A stretch of 64,000 bases of DNA from Eledone cirrhosa (taxonomy: Eukaryota): positions 1-64,000 of the forward strand of contig CAXHJY010001123.1 of assembly GCA_964016885.1 (NCBI GenBank), read 5' to 3'. The notes under the pieces are model-generated. The model did no database searches and was not told where the DNA came from. It saw nothing but the letters and a program-made list of their open reading frames with translations. Positions 14,694 to 26,166 of this stretch are shown here, one piece after another; within the stretch, counting starts at the first letter, position 1, and each line of letters starts with the position of its first letter. A program made the translations under genes and the position numbers.

Positions 14694-16079
14694 AAGTAAT
14701 TCCCAATAATTGCACACAGTGGCATAATAACCTGAAATTATTGATTTTTCTATTGATTAGGCACAAATCCAATTTCGTTTTCTTCGTTTTTTTTTTCATC
14801 GTGAAACGGATTTTTTTCATCGATCCTGAAAGAAAATTACAGCAAAAACTGACCCCAGTAACCTATAATTCGATCTGATATTAACCCTAACACTCCAGCA
14901 AAGACTGGACAAAGATTAATTTGTGTCACATTCTTGGCAAGGAATTAAACTTTAGAGTTTTATGTTCCTATTTCTGCGCTTTGCAAAAGTTAAATGAAGG
15001 CCAGTCTTATCCCGGTTTCGTGTGTACCACAGAGCTAGCTTTCAGCTGAGTGTACTGATGAAACGTGGAATAAAGTAATTAGCTCAGAGACAACATGTCA
15101 TCCAGCCTGAAAATGGAACCTTTGAGCCGAATAATTCAAACCACTTGGTGACGCACCTTTAGGGTTGTCGCAGTAATGTCCGTTAACAAACCCCCATTTA
15201 AATCTCCTTGCGGTGTGGAGGCAGCATGGAGGAATAGGTAAAGAGTTCGTTTCACAATCATTACATACTGGGTTCAAACTCCTTGCGTGGCGTCTTGCAT
15301 AGGTTTCATTTACCATAGCCTCGAGTTGAGCCAAGCATTGTGAGTAAAATTGAGTAAACGGAAACTATTTGGAATCCTATCAAATAGGTAGATATACAAA
15401 CACGATAGATAGATATACATCACACAGGATAGATATATATGTATGTATATACATATATATGTATACATACATATATATGTATATACACATATATGTATAT
15501 ATTAACAGATATATTTATGTATATACATACATATGTATATCTATATATATATATACATATCAGGCTCCCAAACTATGCTTCCGCTGCGAGAAAGGTTTGG
15601 CGCGACCAACTGGCCTGTCACTCCTCATAGCGGTGTCATCCAATCTCACAATGTAAATGTTGTTGGTGTTAGGAGTGCACCCAGCTGTAAAAAACGCGGC
15701 CAAATGTACAATCCCATCAGAGCAAGATACGGTGTGGCCAATCCTGGCCAGACTTTCTATTTCAAGTCTATTATTGTTGTTGATCTCAGTATTTGTACTT
15801 GTAATTCAAAGAATCAGCCTTGTCGCTCACTTTGTCATGCTGATTCTCCCCGAAAATTCGTTATGGGTACAAGTATCTATGTAACTTTCTCAGTACAAAT
15901 GTCTTGTAACTATCTCAGTACAAATGTCACAGAGAAGAAGAAAATAAAATAAATAAACAGATAAAATAAAAATGGCGTAGACATACAATACAACAGGAGG
16001 AACATAGTAGTACCACTGATGATGTTGCAGATGTGCACGAAATAACTTTGTTAAACTATATATATACAACAAAATATAA

Positions 16080-16670
16080 GTGCCTATAATGCATATAAAT
16101 GTAAAAAGAACCATGAATATACCACCAATACATCAAACTAACCATAATACTAAAATAAACCACAGCAAACCACCATCTCATTCACATACAACAAGTCGAG
16201 AAAATTCTACACCTAATTTGACTAACTCCCCTGATATAACATTCACGAAAGGTTGTAACTGTAGAAACAAAGCAAATTGCCCATTAAAAGGAAATTGCCT
16301 TATTAATAACATAGTATATAAATGTAAAATTAACACTAAGGACTCAACTTATTCATATATAGGAGCTACTTCTAACCAATTTAAAGTAAGATTTAATACC
16401 CACAAACACAGTTTTAAAAATGCCGCATTAGCTAATACAACATCCTTAGCTGAAATAATTAATAATTATATAAAAAAGAATATCGATTATAACCTGACCT
16501 GGAGTGTGCTCAAAAAGGCCACCCCTTATCAAAATAATAGGTATGAATGTAGATTATGTTCCCAGGAACTTTTTGAAATAATGAAACTAAGGATATCCTA
16601 TTAAATAAGCGACAAGAATTAATATATCATGTAATCATAGAATTAGAAAAACTTTTAAATATTATAAACC
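16080..16670 (+). pseudogene. C-terminal GIY-YIG endonuclease fragment of a third PLE family (Nematis-like linker)
   Basis: CNCRNKANCPLKGNCLINNIVYKC...YIGATSNQFKVRFNTHKHSF...CRLCSQE. Frameshifted near the end; 5'-truncated with no RT. Confidence 0.85.
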
Positions 16671-17412
16671 TAATTAATATACACTTATATTTTACAAATT
16701 ATTATAATAACATTTTTTTTTTAAATTAGTTAACCTATAATTAATATTCTACTACTAATGAACTGCATAATTTTATTTCCCTTTTACAGCTATCTTTTCC
16801 TAAAATTTATACCAATAAGTATACATATAAACTATTTTAATTTCAGGTTATGAATCTATATTCCTTGTAATCTATATAAGTTTGTTATTTTTCACTAATA
16901 CATTTATCCCCCCCCCCCAATTTTTTTTCCTTCGTTTTTAACAACATTCTTTAATTACATCTAACTCTTATTTATCATATCTATATGAATTAATATAAAT
17001 TTATCCATACAAATATACCTATCAATTAAATTAATTTCTTTTCTTTTTATAGATCTAAATTCCTTATGTTTTAAATAAGATTGATATTTTTCACTAACAC
17101 ATTTATCGTAAATTTTATTCTTCTTAGATTTTAACATTAGCATTATTCTTTAATAACATCAAATTTTCGTGTACCTTTCACCGGTTTGACCTATTTTCAT
17201 CCCCAAAGTAATCTTTTCATTCAAAATACTCTTTCCATTCAAAACTGAAGTCTGCATTCCTCTACCCGTAAATTAAATTTCTACTACTACTATTCTATCA
17301 ACTTGACCACTTACTACCTTTCTATTGGTCAATTCAAAACCTGTTCCCAAACAGACCTATTATATTAAATCTTTGTTGTTTTTTTTTCTCAATAAACAAA
17401 TATCATTATTCC

Positions 17413-17591
17413 TGGCAGTATCGGTAGAAGGTCGGACGCCATGCTTTCCAGCATAGTTACGTCCCTTTAAGATCTGAGTTCAAATCCCGCCGAGGTTGAC
17501 TTTGCCTTTCATCCTTACGGGGTCGATAAAATAAAAGTACCAGTAATGCACTGGGTAATTGCTGGCCTTGTGCCTAAAGTAGAAACAATTA
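17413..17591 (+). mobile_element. SINE inserted in the PLE pLTR
   Basis: Family consensus match, with ATTATT on both sides. Confidence 0.85.
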
Positions 17592-17725
17592 TTTCTGAAG
17601 ACAGCATATATATGTGTAGGTATGTATATTCCCTCTGATAGTTTGTAAATTTTTTTTACATAGATCTATATGATATACATACCAACACACACATATATAT
17701 CCTAGAAACGATCGTAAAATGATGA
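17591..17725 (+). ncRNA. Hammerhead ribozyme with a long (~100-nt) stem II
   Basis: AUUU CUGAAGA [AUAUAUAUGUGU.GGUAUGUAUAU ... AUAUACAUACC..ACACAUAUAUAU] GAAAC GAUC GUA AAAUGAUGA. Confidence 0.72.
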
Positions 17726-18198
17726 ATTTTTTTAATATAAGGAACTGTTTCTTTGTTTTTATTCATTATTTTTATTAAGTTATTTTGACTCTGTTTTCCT
17801 GTGTTCTTCATCTCTTCATCGAAAAAATGTTGAATACATCTTCTCTTTTCATGATATTTGGATTACATTGAGTTCTTCATACGGATTGGACACTGCCGTA
17901 TATTTTGGTAGATTTATCTACATACTTTGCTCCTAATGTTATAAAGGTATTCATATTTTTATATATATATATATAATTTTATAACTCCCTATATATATAG
18001 TTGAGCTCTTTTTCTTGTCCATTATCCATATCACAATGGAAAAACAATACTTGGGAACTTCTTTAAAGAATATACCAATACCTTTCATCCTTACGGGGTC
18101 GATAAAATAAAGTACCAGTAATGCACCGGGTATTTGCTGGCCTTGTGCCTAAAGTAGAAACAATTATATTATATTATATTATATATAAATAAATATAC

Positions 18199-18226
<28 letters not shown>

Positions 18227-18232
<6 letters not shown>

Positions 18233-19282
18233 GAATAATCGAGTATCGAAAAATCGGCGCACGAGTTCACGATAAACAAAATTCGATATGAGCGGCAGAG
18301 GGCTCCATAATTTAGATAAATCAGAGCTATAACTATCGTTAAAATACCGTCACACATAGAACAAGTCTATCGAAAATTTGCGATCCGGAAGATTCGGGAC
18401 ACTCAGATAAAAAATCAATAAATCAATAAATTAAATGAATGTAAAAAGCATACCCGGACCCGCTAGGAAGATGTTAAATATAGCTTCTTGGGTTTCTGTA
18501 AATCCTTAAACTGTTCTCTATCAGCTCACATGAAAATATATAAGACTTCTAGATACCAGTGGACAGGAAAATTTACTTCTTCAACGAGCTTTGTCCAAAC
18601 GAATGAAATGGCTTAACCCAAGCTAAATACGCACATGGAATTCGGCAAGGGAGATAACCTCTACATCCGCGAAAAATATTCGGGAAAATGTGGAAATACA
18701 CATATCGAATAAGAGTGCTCAATAGACATGTTAAAATAAACAGGAGCTATTCCTCATTTAATAGAAACGACAAAAAATGAACAATAAAATTAACTGGTCA
18801 ATAGCTAGGTCTAGAGCTAAATATAGTAGAATAATCGAGTATCGAAAAATCGGCGCACGAGTTCACGATAAACAAAATTCGATATGAGCGGCAGAGGGCT
18901 CCATAATTTAGATAAATCAGAGCTATAACTATCGTTAAAATACCGTCACACATAGAACAAGTCTATAATCAACCGTACGATCGAAAATTTGCGATCCGGA
19001 AGATTCGGGACACTCAGATAAAAAATCAATAAATCAATAAATTAAATGAATGTAAAAAGCATACCCGGACCCGCTAGGAAGATGTTAAATATAGCTTCTT
19101 GGGTTTCTGTAAATCCTTAAACTGTTCTCTATCAGCTCACATAAAAATATATAAGACTTCTAGATACCAGTGGACAGGAAAATTTACTTCTTCAACGAGC
19201 TTTGTTCAAACGAATGAAATGGCATAACCCAAGCTAAATACGCACATGGAATTCGGCAAGGGAGATAACCTCTACATCCGCG
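18227..19282. repeat. Partial tandem duplication (~445-460-bp unit, ~597-bp period)
   Basis: 18227-18671 is nearly identical to 18824-19282, with one small indel. It abuts (TA)n. Confidence 0.92.
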
Positions 19283-20087
19283 CATTGCTGGTTTTAATCA
19301 CACCTGGCTGCTTGTGTTGCTAAATTGATAATGCAGATTTACATCAATTTCATAAAAACGGAAACCAAATGGGACTTCACTTGAAAATATTATCCTTTTG
19401 GAGTTGTAGGTTTTTTTGCGGAGCGTATGTGAGTGACCGTTACTGCCAAATAAGTTTAGCAGTTACAGTCGAAATGCGATTACTTTATAGTAAGCCTAAC
19501 AAATTCTATACAGTAAATCTAGGTTGGCCCGATCAACACTCAATGATAAATGATGAGTGGCAACTATAAATTCGATTTTGAAAAGGTTTTATACCGAATG
19601 TCTTGACAACGTATAGGAATTGGATCGTGTTTAACATCAATAAATACTCAGGGAAAATTCAAATCTCTCTTTCTACATTCATACATACAGACACACACAT
19701 ACACATACAGGCACACATACACGTACAACAATATATTGATCACTCTTACTCATGCCAACTGAGAAGAATATACTTTGTTTATGAGGCATAATAGGACTAA
19801 AATATGTCAGTTGCTTTCCCCAGTTCACTATAAAGACCAGATCCACTTATAGGAGTCTTTCTACCAATCACTTAAATAGATCTTAATCGAATTTCTCAAC
19901 ATATTGTATTACATATATTTGTGCTCAGTATACAAATTCCGCCGACATCAACTTTACCTTTCATCCTTTCAAAGTTCATGAATAAATCGATTCTTCCTCT
20001 ATATCTCTATCACCTCTCAATATTTCTATATCTGGAAGTAACTGGCTATGGTTAAACCTAAAGAGGGATGGGTTCTGCCAGGTTTAA

Positions 20088-20308
20088 CCCTTTAGCATTT
20101 AAACCGACTGTATCCGGCTAGAATTCTCTCACCTCTTTCTGTTCAAACCACCCATAACCGGCTGCTCATACTTATGTTAAGGTAATATTCTCAAAATACA
20201 TAATATCAAAATCTCAGGGATTCGATATTATGTGAGATAATTATGTGAGGTAAAGCCTTTACCACGAACATACAAAAGTAGATATAGAGTAATGTAAATG
20301 GTAAAGGG
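20088..20308. mobile_element. TTAA-target (piggyBac-type) MITE
   Basis: TTAA|CCCTTTAGCATTTA ... TAAATGGTAAAGGG|TTAA terminal inverted repeats. Confidence 0.75.
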
Positions 20309-20989
20309 TTAAATGATCAAGACATGTCGTGTATCACGACGGCGTTCTTACGAATACATCAGGAGTTATGGGTCAATGACATGGAGAACGCTCCGATGCG
20401 GTACTTTCATTCAGGCATTGCTGGTTATATTCCCTCCTACATAAATGTACGACAGCCTTATGTCAATAGAAAAACTATTAATTATTAATATATTAAATTA
20501 TTCAATTACCTATTGGTCTATTTATTATCCTTTCATCTATTTTTTTTTTCAATTAATTTTAATTTTAATTCTCATAGAAATCCGTTTACATATATTTTGC
20601 TATTTCAATAATATTTTCAGAATATATTTTGTATTTAAACATTGAATTAATTTTCGATTTTGTCAGTTTAACAGAATTAAATAGAGTGCTTGGTTAGATT
20701 TTGTTTATTTATGCATTTGATAATTTAAATCTGTTCAAATTAATTGAATACATTAATTCTGATTTCTCAATTATACTCATTTTATATCATATAAAATCAA
20801 ATATACTGATTATATCTCCATTTTATATACTGATAGTATACCCATTTTATATACTGATTATATACCTATTTTATATACTCATTCCATACTAATTTTATAT
20901 AGATATTTCATACGAACCTTTTCTCATAATTGTACTTATATACTTGATGAATTAAACGCATTTCGTATTTATGTATATCTATCTATATA

Positions 20990-21023
<34 letters not shown>

Positions 21024-21244
21024 CTAAATTTAAATTACATTTTCTACATAATTGTCTACGTTTCTACCATAAGTATACATATGTGTGCGTGGATACTTAA
21101 TATACAAACAATTTAATACACATTTCATACACTGAATTTTAGAATAATTATATTAATATATTTAAATAAATCCATTTCCTATATCCTCTATTTTGCATTA
21201 TATATACACATTTTATATATTAATTCTATAATCTGTTTTCTAGA

Positions 21245-21280
<36 letters not shown>

Positions 21281-21717
21281 ACAGTCGATTGACTTTCGTC
21301 AAATCGGACCGATTAAACATTTTTCCCATTGCTCTTTTCAATTGCTAATACTATCTATCTGTCGCAACTCAGGTAGAAGGAGCAGCGTGAAATAAAGTGT
21401 CATGCTCAAGGACATAACGCATCGCCCAGTCCGGGAATCGAACTCACAACCTCACGATTGTGAATCCAATTTCTAACCACTCAGCCACAGAGAGAGAGAG
21501 AGAGCTAAGTATCATTTTCAGCATAGTTACGTCCCTTTACGATCTGAGTTCAAATCCCGCCGAGGTTGACTTTGCCTTTCATCCTTACTGGGTCGATAGA
21601 ATAAAGTACCAGTAATGCACTGGGTAATTGCTGGCCTTGTGCCTAAAGTAGAAACAATTATAAGATATATTAGTTATAGGCGAAAAGATTAGGCGAAAGG
21701 TTTTATAATGTTAGTCT

Positions 21718-21760
21718 CTCCGATGATCCCAGACCTATGTCTGGAAGAAACGATCGTTAG
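21718..21760 (+). ncRNA. Variant hammerhead (CCGAUGA core)
   Basis: CU CCGAUGA UCCCAGAC CUAU GUCUGGAA GAAAC GAUC GUU AG. Stem I is short. Confidence 0.55.
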
Positions 21761-21801
21761 CAATTACATGCCTTAAACAAAATTTGATTGTTATCTATGT
21801 T

Positions 21802-21931
<130 letters not shown>

Positions 21932-22229
21932 GAGTGCCTAGAAATACCGATGATGTGTACAATTCTTGACCACTCATAGAATGACAACAACAGGATCTAA
22001 GCCGACAGGCGAAGTATATCGATGTAAAAGGACAAGAATCAAGACGTATCTGAGGGCCTTGCGATTTTCAGAGTCAGGTTCGATGATCACACCGATCGTG
22101 CCTCGAGCTGGTTACTAGACAAACGATTGTAATATGTACAATAAATTCCATTCGTCGCAACACTGATTCTCTTTTTCTGTGATATCATCCACTGCTCTAC
22201 GCATACGGACGCTTTAAGCATCCAACACC

Positions 22230-22267
<38 letters not shown>

Positions 22268-22336
22268 AAAAAGAGATGAAATCGAAAATGCAACTGGAGT
22301 CTTATTTAAAAAAAATATATATATATTTATTTGGTT

Positions 22337-22374
22337 CCTTTACCGGTTTCGCAGTTCTTCTGCTTTTCAAAAGG
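22337..22374 (-). ncRNA. Minimal hammerhead, U3-A8 variant (intact)
   Basis: CCUU UUGAAAA GCAG AAGAA CUGC GAAA CCG GUA AAGG, with a palindromic ACCGGU stem III. Confidence 0.8.
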
Positions 22375-23227
22375 TGAGTTGAGATGGAGGGTCTGTGGTT
22401 TTTCTCACATCTGGTTGGTCTCTGAATGTTACTTGTTTTATATGGAAAAAGTGGCTCGAAATGCCAGGTTTTTCGAGAAGTAATTTGATTGGTTTGTCAA
22501 TAATTATAATAAATTTCGCGCCAGTTCGCGTTACAATAGTTCTTCAAGTAAGAGGGTGGGGGGGGGGGGGGGTTGTCACAGGTTGTTTTTTCATATATGA
22601 GTGTTTGAATTTCTTTTTACTTGAAAAAAGGAGGCTCACGAAGGCTTTTTTTGGGTTTGTTATAAATGAAATTATGGCTGTCACGTGAACATATTTTCAT
22701 TAAGTTTTTGTGCCCTTATTTGGAAATCCATTCTGTAGCCTTTTTAGAGAATTTTTTGATAAGTGAAAGATAATGGTCAAGAGAAAGGGATGGGAGAATT
22801 GTTCTGGTTCAGTGAATATGGTTAGTTCGCTGGGGTATCAGAATTCAGATTTTCTATTGAATAAAGAAAGTAAAGATATGTGTGTTTATTTGTGTGCTTG
22901 TGTGTGTGTGTGTGTGTGTGTTTGAATTTCTTTACTTTAAAAAAAGGTGGCTCACGAAGATTTTTTTTAATAAACGTGATTTGATTGGTTATAAATGAAA
23001 TTTGGCTGTCACGTGAACAAGTTTTCATTACATTTTTGCGCCCTTATTTGGAAAACTATTCTGTAGTCTTTATAGCGAATGTTATGACAATGGAAAGATA
23101 GTGGTCAAGAGAAATGGGATTGGGAGAATTGTTCTGGTTCAGTGAATATGGTTAGTTCGCTGGGGTGTCAGAGTTCAGATTTTCTATTGAAGTGAAGATA
23201 TGTATGTTTATTTGTGTGCTTGTGTGT

Positions 23228-23272
<45 letters not shown>

Positions 23273-23865
23273 TATTGGAAGATGATTCTATTAGTAGAAA
23301 TGGGGGAGGGAGTTGTGTGCGTGTGTATATGGGTGTTATGTGTGTGTGTGCAAGTATGTTAAGATGGAAAGAATATATATTTTGTGTGTGTGTATATATA
23401 TGTGTGTAGGAAAGTGGTTCTATTAGTAGAAATTAGTGTGTATTGGGTGTTATGTGTGTGTGTGCGAGTATGTTAAGATGGAGAGAATATATATTTTGTG
23501 TGTGTGTATATATATGTGTGTAGGAAAGTGGTTCTATTAGTAGAAATGGGGAGGGAGTTGTGGGTGTGGGGGTTGTTATGTGTGTGTATGGGTGTTATGT
23601 GTGTGGGAGTATGGTTAGCATGTTAAGATGAAGAGAATATATATATATATATATTGTGTGTGTGTGTATGTGTGTGTGTAGGAAAGTGATTCCTTTAGTA
23701 GGAATATTTTTGAATGAACATATTTTCCTTACTTATTGGTGTTTGCTGTTGTATTGTCAGTGCAAACGTATGTTAAGGTTTATTTAGTTCGGGTTTTTAT
23801 TTTCTAAAGTAGAAGGTGTTATGTGTGTGTGTGTATGTCATATTATGGTATTGTCATAATGTATA

Positions 23866-26166
23866 TTAAACCATATTTAATGTTGGTTTATATTTTTGAA
23901 TAAACATATTTTCCTTATTTATTCGCATTTGTTCTGTTGTATTGTTAGCGCAAAGGTAAAATGGGAAGACTTGGAATTTGGGTGTCTTATTACTTGCGCA
24001 AATGTCTAGATGTGCACTTAGTGGTATCTGTCTCGTGGTTGGATCTCGTAATTGTTGGCGATGAACTGTCATTCTGTTTCTGAGTGTGAGTTTAGTTTGT
24101 CCTATATAATCTTCATTGCATCCTTTACATTTAATGGCATAAAGTAGATTTTTTGATGAGCAAGTGAAGTGATTTTTTACAGTAAAATTTTGTCCTGATT
24201 TAAATGTATACGTGTTGCCTTCAATGAGGTGAGTGCAGGTTCCACAATTAGAGCGACCACATTTTTTGATACTTGGTTGTGGGTTTGTGGTAGGTAATTT
24301 GGCATTGGTGAGTAATGTTTTCAGTGATTTTGGTTGTCTTTTGCTTTTGATTATTTTGTGTGTTTCAAGGGCTTTTTTCATTCTTGGGTTTTGTTTTAGT
24401 AGTGGGATGTTATTGTGAATAGTGTTGTAAGCTTCCGCATTTCTTGGGTTGTGTGTTGAGATATATGATAGAATATTGGACGTACCTTGAATTTGTTTCT
24501 GTTTCCGTAATTCATCAATGCCTATTGCTTTAGCCCTTTCTATTCCATTATTTATTAGTAATAGTGGGTACTCTCTCTCGAGTAGAATTTCCTTTAATTC
24601 TTGAAGTCTTTTATTTCGCGTTTCATAATTGGAGACAATTGTGCAAATTCTTCTTGCTAGGTTAAAAGGAATGTTCGTCTTCCTGTGCTTTGGATGGTTG
24701 GAGGTGAATAGCAGATATTGTTTGGAATCTGTTGGTTTGTAGTGTATGTCAGTTTCGATATTTGTGTCTTTTTTTAAGATTAAGATGTCCAGAAATGGGA
24801 GTTGATCTTGGCTGTATTCCATTGTGAATTGGATGTGGTTATTGATGCCGTTTATTAAGTTTTTGAAATCCTTCAGTTGGTCGAGTGTGTGGGACCAAAG
24901 AATGAGGCAATCATCCAAGTAGCGTTTCCAATTCTCTGATAAATATTTGTGGAAGTTCAATCCGTATTTTGATTTGGACTGTTCATATATCTGGACTTCT
25001 AAGTATGCCATGACTAAGTTGGCATAAGTTGGAGCGGCTTTTGTACCCATCGCAGTCCCCAATATTTGCTTGTAAGTATTGCCATCGAAATCAAAAAAGT
25101 TGTTCTGTAGGATGAATTTTAATCCCTCGGTGATGAAGCTTTTTTCTATTCTGTCAGGTATCTCATTGGGATATTTCTCTAGCCAGAATCCTATTGCTTC
25201 TAGTCCGTATTGGTGTGGGATCGTTGTGTAGAGATTCACTACATCGAAAGACACAATAATGTTGTTGACATGTTTGGGGAGGTGGTTTAAGAGGTCCAGA
25301 TCGTCTCTTACAAGGCTTGGTATGTGTTTCAGTATTGGTTTCAGTAGTATGTCTATAAAGTTGCTCAATCTGTGTGTTTCACATTGTGGGCCCGCTACAA
25401 TTGGTCTTAATTTAAGGTCTGTGGGGTATTGTGTGTTCACGCAGGCTGAGGTGGATTGTTTACAGGCATCGTTGATTATTTTACACTTGTGGATCTTCGG
25501 AAGTCCGTAAAGGTTGCTGGTTTTGTATTCAAAATTTGTTAAATAATCGCGTTCCTTTTTAGTTAGGTCTTCCTGGTATCGATAAATCAGTGTATTTAAT
25601 TTGGTCATAATTTTTGATTGCTGGTAGTTTTTTACTCTTTCATAGTAATTAGTATTTTGTAAGAGAGAGAACATAGAATTTTTATATTTTTCAGCCTCCA
25701 TAATGACAACAGTACTTCCCTTGTCCGCTTCCTTAATTATAATGTCCGTATTGTTTTTTAGTTCATGGATAATCTCCCATTCCCTTCGACTCGTGTTGGG
25801 TTTGGGTTTAGGTTGCGGTAGTTCATGGTATGGGAAGGTAGCTATGTGGTCACAAAATTTGTCCAGAACTCTGTTTCTACCTTTTGTTGGGTTGTAGCTG
25901 CTTTTATTCCGTACAATTGATTCGTCGTTATTCTCCTTGTCAAAGAATTCCTCTGTGAGACGTAATTTTCTACAGAAGTGTGAGATATCGTCATTTATCG
26001 CGTTGGGGTTAGGGTATTGTGATGTTGGTGTGAATTTCAGACCTTTGGAGAGAATTTTTACTTGTTGGGCTGAGAGGTTTGTATTTGAAATGTTAATTAT
26101 TTTCGGTTTTTCAAAATCGGTTTGTGCCACCGGGTGTCGTGAGTCCTGTAGCCTTGGTCTAAAAAA
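23866..26166 (-). CDS. PLE reverse transcriptase plus C-terminal GIY-YIG endonuclease (-1 frame relative to ORF1)
   Basis: IKEADKG, LYGLPKIHK, LRPIV, SFDVVNLY, GTAMGT, RYLDD, LPFLD, CGRSNCGTC, LLYAIKC..C...YIGQT...R...H. Open from the slippery site to the stop. Confidence 0.95.
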   Translation of the reverse strand, partial: FFRPRLQDSRHPVAQTDFEKPKIINISNTNLSAQQVKILSKGLKFTPTSQYPNPNAINDDISHFCRKLRLTEEFFDKENNDESIVRNKSSYNPTKGRNRVLDKFCDHIATFPYHELPQPKPKPNTSRREWEIIHELKNNTDIIIKEADKGSTVVIMEAEKYKNSMFSLLQNTNYYERVKNYQQSKIMTKLNTLIYRYQEDLTKKERDYLTNFEYKTSNLYGLPKIHKCKIINDACKQSTSACVNTQYPTDLKLRPIVAGPQCETHRLSNFIDILLKPILKHIPSLVRDDLDLLNHLPKHVNNIIVSFDVVNLYTTIPHQYGLEAIGFWLEKYPNEIPDRIEKSFITEGLKFILQNNFFDFDGNTYKQILGTAMGTKAAPTYANLVMAYLEVQIYEQSKSKYGLNFHKYLSENWKRYLDDCLILWSHTLDQLKDFKNLINGINNHIQFTMEYSQDQLPFLDILILKKDTNIETDIHYKPTDSKQYLLFTSNHPKHRKTNIPFNLARRICTIVSNYETRNKRLQELKEILLEREYPLLLINNGIERAKAIGIDELRKQKQIQGTSNILSYISTHNPRNAEAYNTIHNNIPLLKQNPRMKKALETHKIIKSKRQPKSLKTLLTNAKLPTTNPQPSIKKCGRSNCGTCTHLIEGNTYTFKSGQNFTVKNHFTCSSKNLLYAIKCKGCNEDYIGQTKLTLRNRMTVHRQQLRDPTTRQIPLSAHLDICASNKTPKFQVFPFYLCANNTTEQMRINKENMFIQKYKPTLNMV

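Larger units (their letters stand above)
16080..17960 (+). mobile_element. 5'-truncated PLE: GIY-YIG end, 3'UTR and pLTR with hammerhead
   Basis: Endonuclease ORF, AT-rich UTR, hammerhead at 17591-17725, and a tail shared with 10465-10800 ending near (TA)n. Confidence 0.7.

Noticed and set aside
16016-16050. CTGATGA...CGAAA hammerhead-like motif
   Set aside because: Stem II is bulged and there is no convincing stem I or cleavage triplet.
22395-22688. Repeated ORF MVFLTSGWSLNVTCF (also at 27523 and 28730)
   Set aside because: Antisense reading of pLTR copies, with a GTG start and variable frameshifts.
26128-26130. GTG start for the RT ORF
   Set aside because: Non-ATG start in a eukaryote, and the frame is open upstream to the slippery site. 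Frameshift entry fits better.
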